This document shows positions 60,088 through 64,000 of a DNA stretch of 64,000 nucleotides, in pieces (position 1 is the first letter of the stretch; every line of letters begins with the position of its first letter). The translations under genes and the position numbers were made by a program. This stretch comes from Macrostomum hystrix (lineage: Eukaryota; Animalia; Platyhelminthes). Location: the NCBI GenBank assembly GCA_950097015.1, contig CATNEN010000029.1, forward strand, positions 1,860,001 through 1,924,000, read 5' to 3'. The notes under the pieces were generated by a model that was not told the origin of the DNA, made no database searches, and saw only the letters and a program-made list of their open reading frames with translations.

Positions 60088-60191
60088 GATTTTGCAGTAC
60101 ATGCGCAATCGGACCGTCATTGCTAGGAACCGTCAGTTCCCTGCTGTCCGCCTGTCAACCAGTTCACTCGAACCTGACTGTCAGCGCTCAC

Positions 60192-60733
60192 CTCTGCGCA
60201 GCGGCACGGGGTTAACTGGCAGTTCGCATTGCGCAGGACGCACTTTGGTCGCGTGTGCCGGATCTTTCTAAACCCATCCGCCGTGGTGGTGATGATTGAA
60301 GAGCCCGGCGAGCCCTGCCAATCGTCGAGCGCAACGGCGGCCGTGGCGTCAACCGCGTCGGTATCGTCAATGAAGTCGCCTGTGTCCAGAATGTGCGTCG
60401 CTGAGACGGACAATAATAGACGACCGTCGTTTGACTTCAAGCGTTGCCGGGTCGTTGGCGACGCTTTGGCAGCTACCGCCGCTTCGGCCGCCGCGACAGC
60501 CGCCTTAGCCGCGGCGCTGGCCGCCGATGCAAGCCGATCGTCCCAGCTCTTGCGCCGCAGCTGCAGGCTCTCTCGCAGGGCGGAGTTCCTGCGCGACTCC
60601 AGCGGCGTCCCCATCAGCATCACCGACTGGCGGCGTCGCTCCGCCTCCCGACGCCGGTGCCACAACAGGCCCATCGCTGCCACGGCGCTCACCCCGGCGA
60701 CGTCGTTAACGGAATCGTCCAGCATGCCGCCGC
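60192..60733 (-). CDS. MPDZ: Exon: Ala/Arg-rich low-complexity segment (MLDDSV...CRCAE), first exon visible
   Basis: Acceptor ctgtcag|gcggcggcATG (ATG at 60725); donor GAG|gtgagc, phase 0; GC-rich codon usage like the other exons; no recognisable domain. Confidence 0.6.
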
Positions 60734-61756
60734 CTGACAGGCAGTTTCGGGAAGTTGATGACTTTGGAGTTCAGTGAGCCGATGGCTCTTGAGATCGAGT
60801 CACATTACTGTAGTTTAGCTCCTTTGTTATATTGCTGATATTTGACTTTGGTTTTCGTCCTAGTTTGAGTCTATGTTTGAGTTCTACTTCTTTAACTACG
60901 AGTACAAAGTAGTTTGAATCTTTTCTGAAGTCCTAGTTTGAATATTTGCTAAGAGTGCTGATTCGAGGTCTGATCTGAGTCCTGGTTTGTGTCCAGTTGA
61001 AGCCCAAAGAATTGAACAATTAATCACCTTTGCAGCAGCTGAGCGCCTTGTCTCCAGGGCTTGGTTGCCGGGTATCTGGGCTGCACAGTTCCAGAGCAAA
61101 TGCTTAGCATAAAAGCATCACGAGCTTGAGACTGCTTCTCCGTGTTATTTATTGCAAGCTGAAATCTATGTCCACGTTTTACACGCCGGCACGTGTGAGA
61201 GAGATGCAATGAGTGGACCGAGAATCAGGCTAGAATCTCGAAAAGTCTGCCTATAGAGATCCCATGTATTTCTCCCCCCCCATCCTGTCGTTGCTCCCCA
61301 GCCGCAGGATGGGTATGACAGCCTGACCAATGGCGGCAGCTTCTAGCCTGCTGTTTGGTGGGCCGAACGCTTCGCATTCGATTCGATAAGCGCGGAATGG
61401 AAATCTTGAGACAGACGCCGGGGCTACTCTGGGGGATATTTTGTGGGGTAAAGGGGATATAATTCCTCTCCCAGCTTAGGGGAGTCCAAAAGAAGACGCG
61501 ATGTGAAGACGAGTGGAATTAGGCTAGCCATGGAAGAGAAATATGCTTGGGAAAAAATGGTGTGGGAGACGAGGGGACAAGCTGGTTCCGTGAGTTGGGA
61601 TTAGCCGCTTTCTTGTGCGGGCTGGAGTTGTTGGACAGAGGCGCGAACAACGCCTGGACGCAAAAGGGGGATGCAAGGGATGTTGGCCCCATCCTCATGC
61701 AGTCTTCTTTAGTCTCAGTGAGTGCGCTTGTGTCTGCTCGTGTCTTCTTTAACATA

Positions 61757-61880
61757 GGGGATTGTTGCCTAGTGGTTAAAGCGTCGGACTCACGACTTGA
61801 AGGTCGGGTGTTCGATTCCCGAAAAAATGGGAAAAAATTGTGTCCTTTAGCAAGACTCAACTCAGCTTGTGAGGGATGAT
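61757..61880 (+). mobile_element. SINE family B 5' part
   Basis: TTGCCTAGTGGTTAAAGCGTCGGACTCACGACTTGAAGGTCGGGTGTTCGATTCCC...TTTAGCAAGA. Confidence 0.75.
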
Positions 61881-62689
61881 TTCAGTTGGCTTGAGTCTGT
61901 TTGTGAATCCTGATTTGCCTGTTTAAGTTTGCTCACATATCATTTCGTGACAGGAAGCGGCGTTGAACAATCAAGAAACCCTGAAGCTAAAAATCTGTGG
62001 ATTGCAATCCGTGGGTCTAGGCGACTAGACTTTAGACAGTTCGCGTGCCAGTGCAGCTTTCAGGCCAGCCAATTTTGGAACTTTCACAACTGCCAAATTG
62101 TCCGAGATGTGCAGTTCAGGGCAAGACGGAATCTAGATATAGATTGGGGAAGGGATCACCCGCCCACCGATAAGTTTCAGCACTGAATCGGAACTGGTAA
62201 CATGCGGCGACAGTTTCTATAGTCCTAGATCCTGCATCCTCCAGTGCCCTGTCATTCTCTCATTCTCTCTCATTTGCCTATGTATGGGCTTTACCAGAAT
62301 CAACTGTTGACAGAGAAGAGACGAGAATCTACAGATAAGCGAGAAGCTTCAGCTATTGTTATGTAAGAATTGAGGCACAAGCCAAGCAAGATGATTTTGA
62401 GTACACAGCTCAGAAAGTGGCTGAATTTTCAGGTAAGCAAACACGAGAGTTTGGATTCAGAATGCACAAGCCCAGTACACTGCCAAAGCTCAGTTGCTCA
62501 GATGGAAGCAGAAATTGTCACGGCTATTCCTCTCTGTTTTCGTGTGATTTTTTTATAGAAATGTTTCGTGACTTAACATACATGCGCTGTTTGAACTACT
62601 ATTCAGTAGGCTAAAATGCTTCGATAAGAAAATTTTTTGCGACAAAGATAAGGCTATGTAAAGTGGGAAAACATGAAACACCGACAAGA

Positions 62690-64000
62690 AAAGACACAAT
62701 CAGACTAGAAAAGACACAATCAGGCTAGAAAAGACACAATCAGAATCTAAAAGACACAAGCTGGATAGAAAAGACACAATCAGGCTAGAAATAACACAAT
62801 CAGAATATAAAAGACACAAGCAGACTAGAAAAGACACAAGCAGACTAGAAAAGACACAAGCGGACTAGAAAAGACACAATGAGACTAGAAAAGACACAAT
62901 AAGACTAGAAAAGACACAATGAGACTAGAAAAGACACAATAAGACTAGAAAAGACACAATAAGACTAGAAAAGACACAAGCGGACTAGAAAAGACACAAG
63001 CGGACTAGAAAAGACACAATAAGACTAGAAAAGACACAATGAGACTAGAAAAGACACAATGAGACTAGAAAAGACACAATGAGACTAGAAAATACACAAC
63101 AAGACTAGAAAAGACACAATGAGACTAGAAAAGACACAATCAGGCTAGAAAAGACACAATCAGAATCTAAAAGACACAAGCTGGATAGAAAAGACACAAT
63201 CTGGCTAGAAATAACACAATCAGAATATAAAAGACACAAGCAGACTAGAAAAGACACAAGCAGACTAGAAAAGACACAAGCGGACTAGAAAAGACACAAT
63301 GAGACTAGAAAAGACACAATAAGACTAGAAAAGACACAATGAGACTAGAAAAGACACAATAAGACTAGAAAAGACACAATAAGACTAGAAAAGACACAAG
63401 CGGACTAGAAAAGACACAAGCGGACTAGAAAAGACACAATAAGACTAGAAAAGACACAATGAGACTAGAAAAGACACAATGAGACTAGAAAAGACACAAT
63501 GAGACTAGAAAAGACACAACAAGACTAGAAAAGACACAATGAGACTAGAAAAGACACAATGAGACTAGAAAAGACACAATAAGACTAGAAAAGACACAAT
63601 CATGCTAGAAAAGACACAATCAGAATCTTAAAGACACAAGCTGGATAGAAAAGACACAATCAGGCTAGAAATAACACAATCAGAATATAAAAGACACAAG
63701 CAGACAAGAAAAGACACAAGCAGACTAGAAAAGACACAAGCGGACTAGAAAAGACACAATAAGACTAGAAAAGACACAATGAGACTAGAAAAGACACAAT
63801 AAGACTAGAAAAGACACAATGAGACTAGAAAAGACACAATAAGACTAGAAAAGACACAATCATGCTAGAAAAGACACAATCAGAATCTAAAAGACACAAG
63901 CTGGATAGAAAAGACACAATCAGGCTAGAAAAGACACAATAAGACTAGAAAAGACACAATAAGACTAGAAAAGACACAATAAGACTAGAAAAGACACAAT
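62690..64000. repeat. 20-bp satellite GACTAGAAAAGACACAATGA with higher-order blocks, runs off the window
   Basis: Marker block CAGAATCT.AAAGACACAAGCTGGATAG at 62741, 63161, 63621, 63881. Confidence 0.97.

Larger units (their letters stand above)
824..60733 (-). other. MPDZ: Multi-PDZ domain scaffold gene (MPDZ/MUPP1-PATJ family), partial, 23 core coding exons
   Basis: Nine PDZ domains with GLGF-type loops in MUPP1 order (e.g. [79 protein letters not shown]). All exon junctions checked by eye have AG acceptors, GT donors (one GC) and matching phases. Confidence 0.9.

Noticed and set aside
62330-62440. Strong plus-strand donor CAG|GTAAGC with protein-like upstream codons
   Set aside because: An in-frame stop lies just after the nearest acceptor and no partner exons were found; insufficient for an antisense gene.

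Overview
Eukaryotic (animal) genomic DNA. The window lies almost wholly inside one minus-strand gene encoding a multi-PDZ scaffold of the MPDZ/MUPP1-PATJ family. I reconstructed 23 coding exons by hand (60733 down to 824, ~6.2 kb CDS, ~2,050 aa) with consistent splice phases. They encode 9 PDZ domains matching MUPP1 PDZ2-5 and PDZ7-11; the gene continues beyond the left edge, and L27/PDZ1 are not seen. Two further candidate cassette exons (a ~90-codon polyQ and a Cys-cluster exon) lie in the 10-kb intron. About a third of the window (~23 kb, my rough sum) is tandem repeat: over 30 different mini/microsatellite arrays, many abutting splice sites and several with higher-order structure. Nearly all long ORFs in the track are artefacts of these arrays. 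Introns also hold a decayed, 3'-truncated Ty3/Gypsy element, two tRNA-derived SINE families with structured 3' modules, a hAT-type MITE with an 8-bp TSD, and an unclassified dispersed family with internal inverted repeats and a recurrent CCATAGAC motif. The style (GC-rich exons, satellite-packed introns) suggests a repeat-rich invertebrate such as the flatworm Macrostomum; this is inference only. I found no complete known ribozyme, CRISPR array, rRNA or intact tRNA gene.
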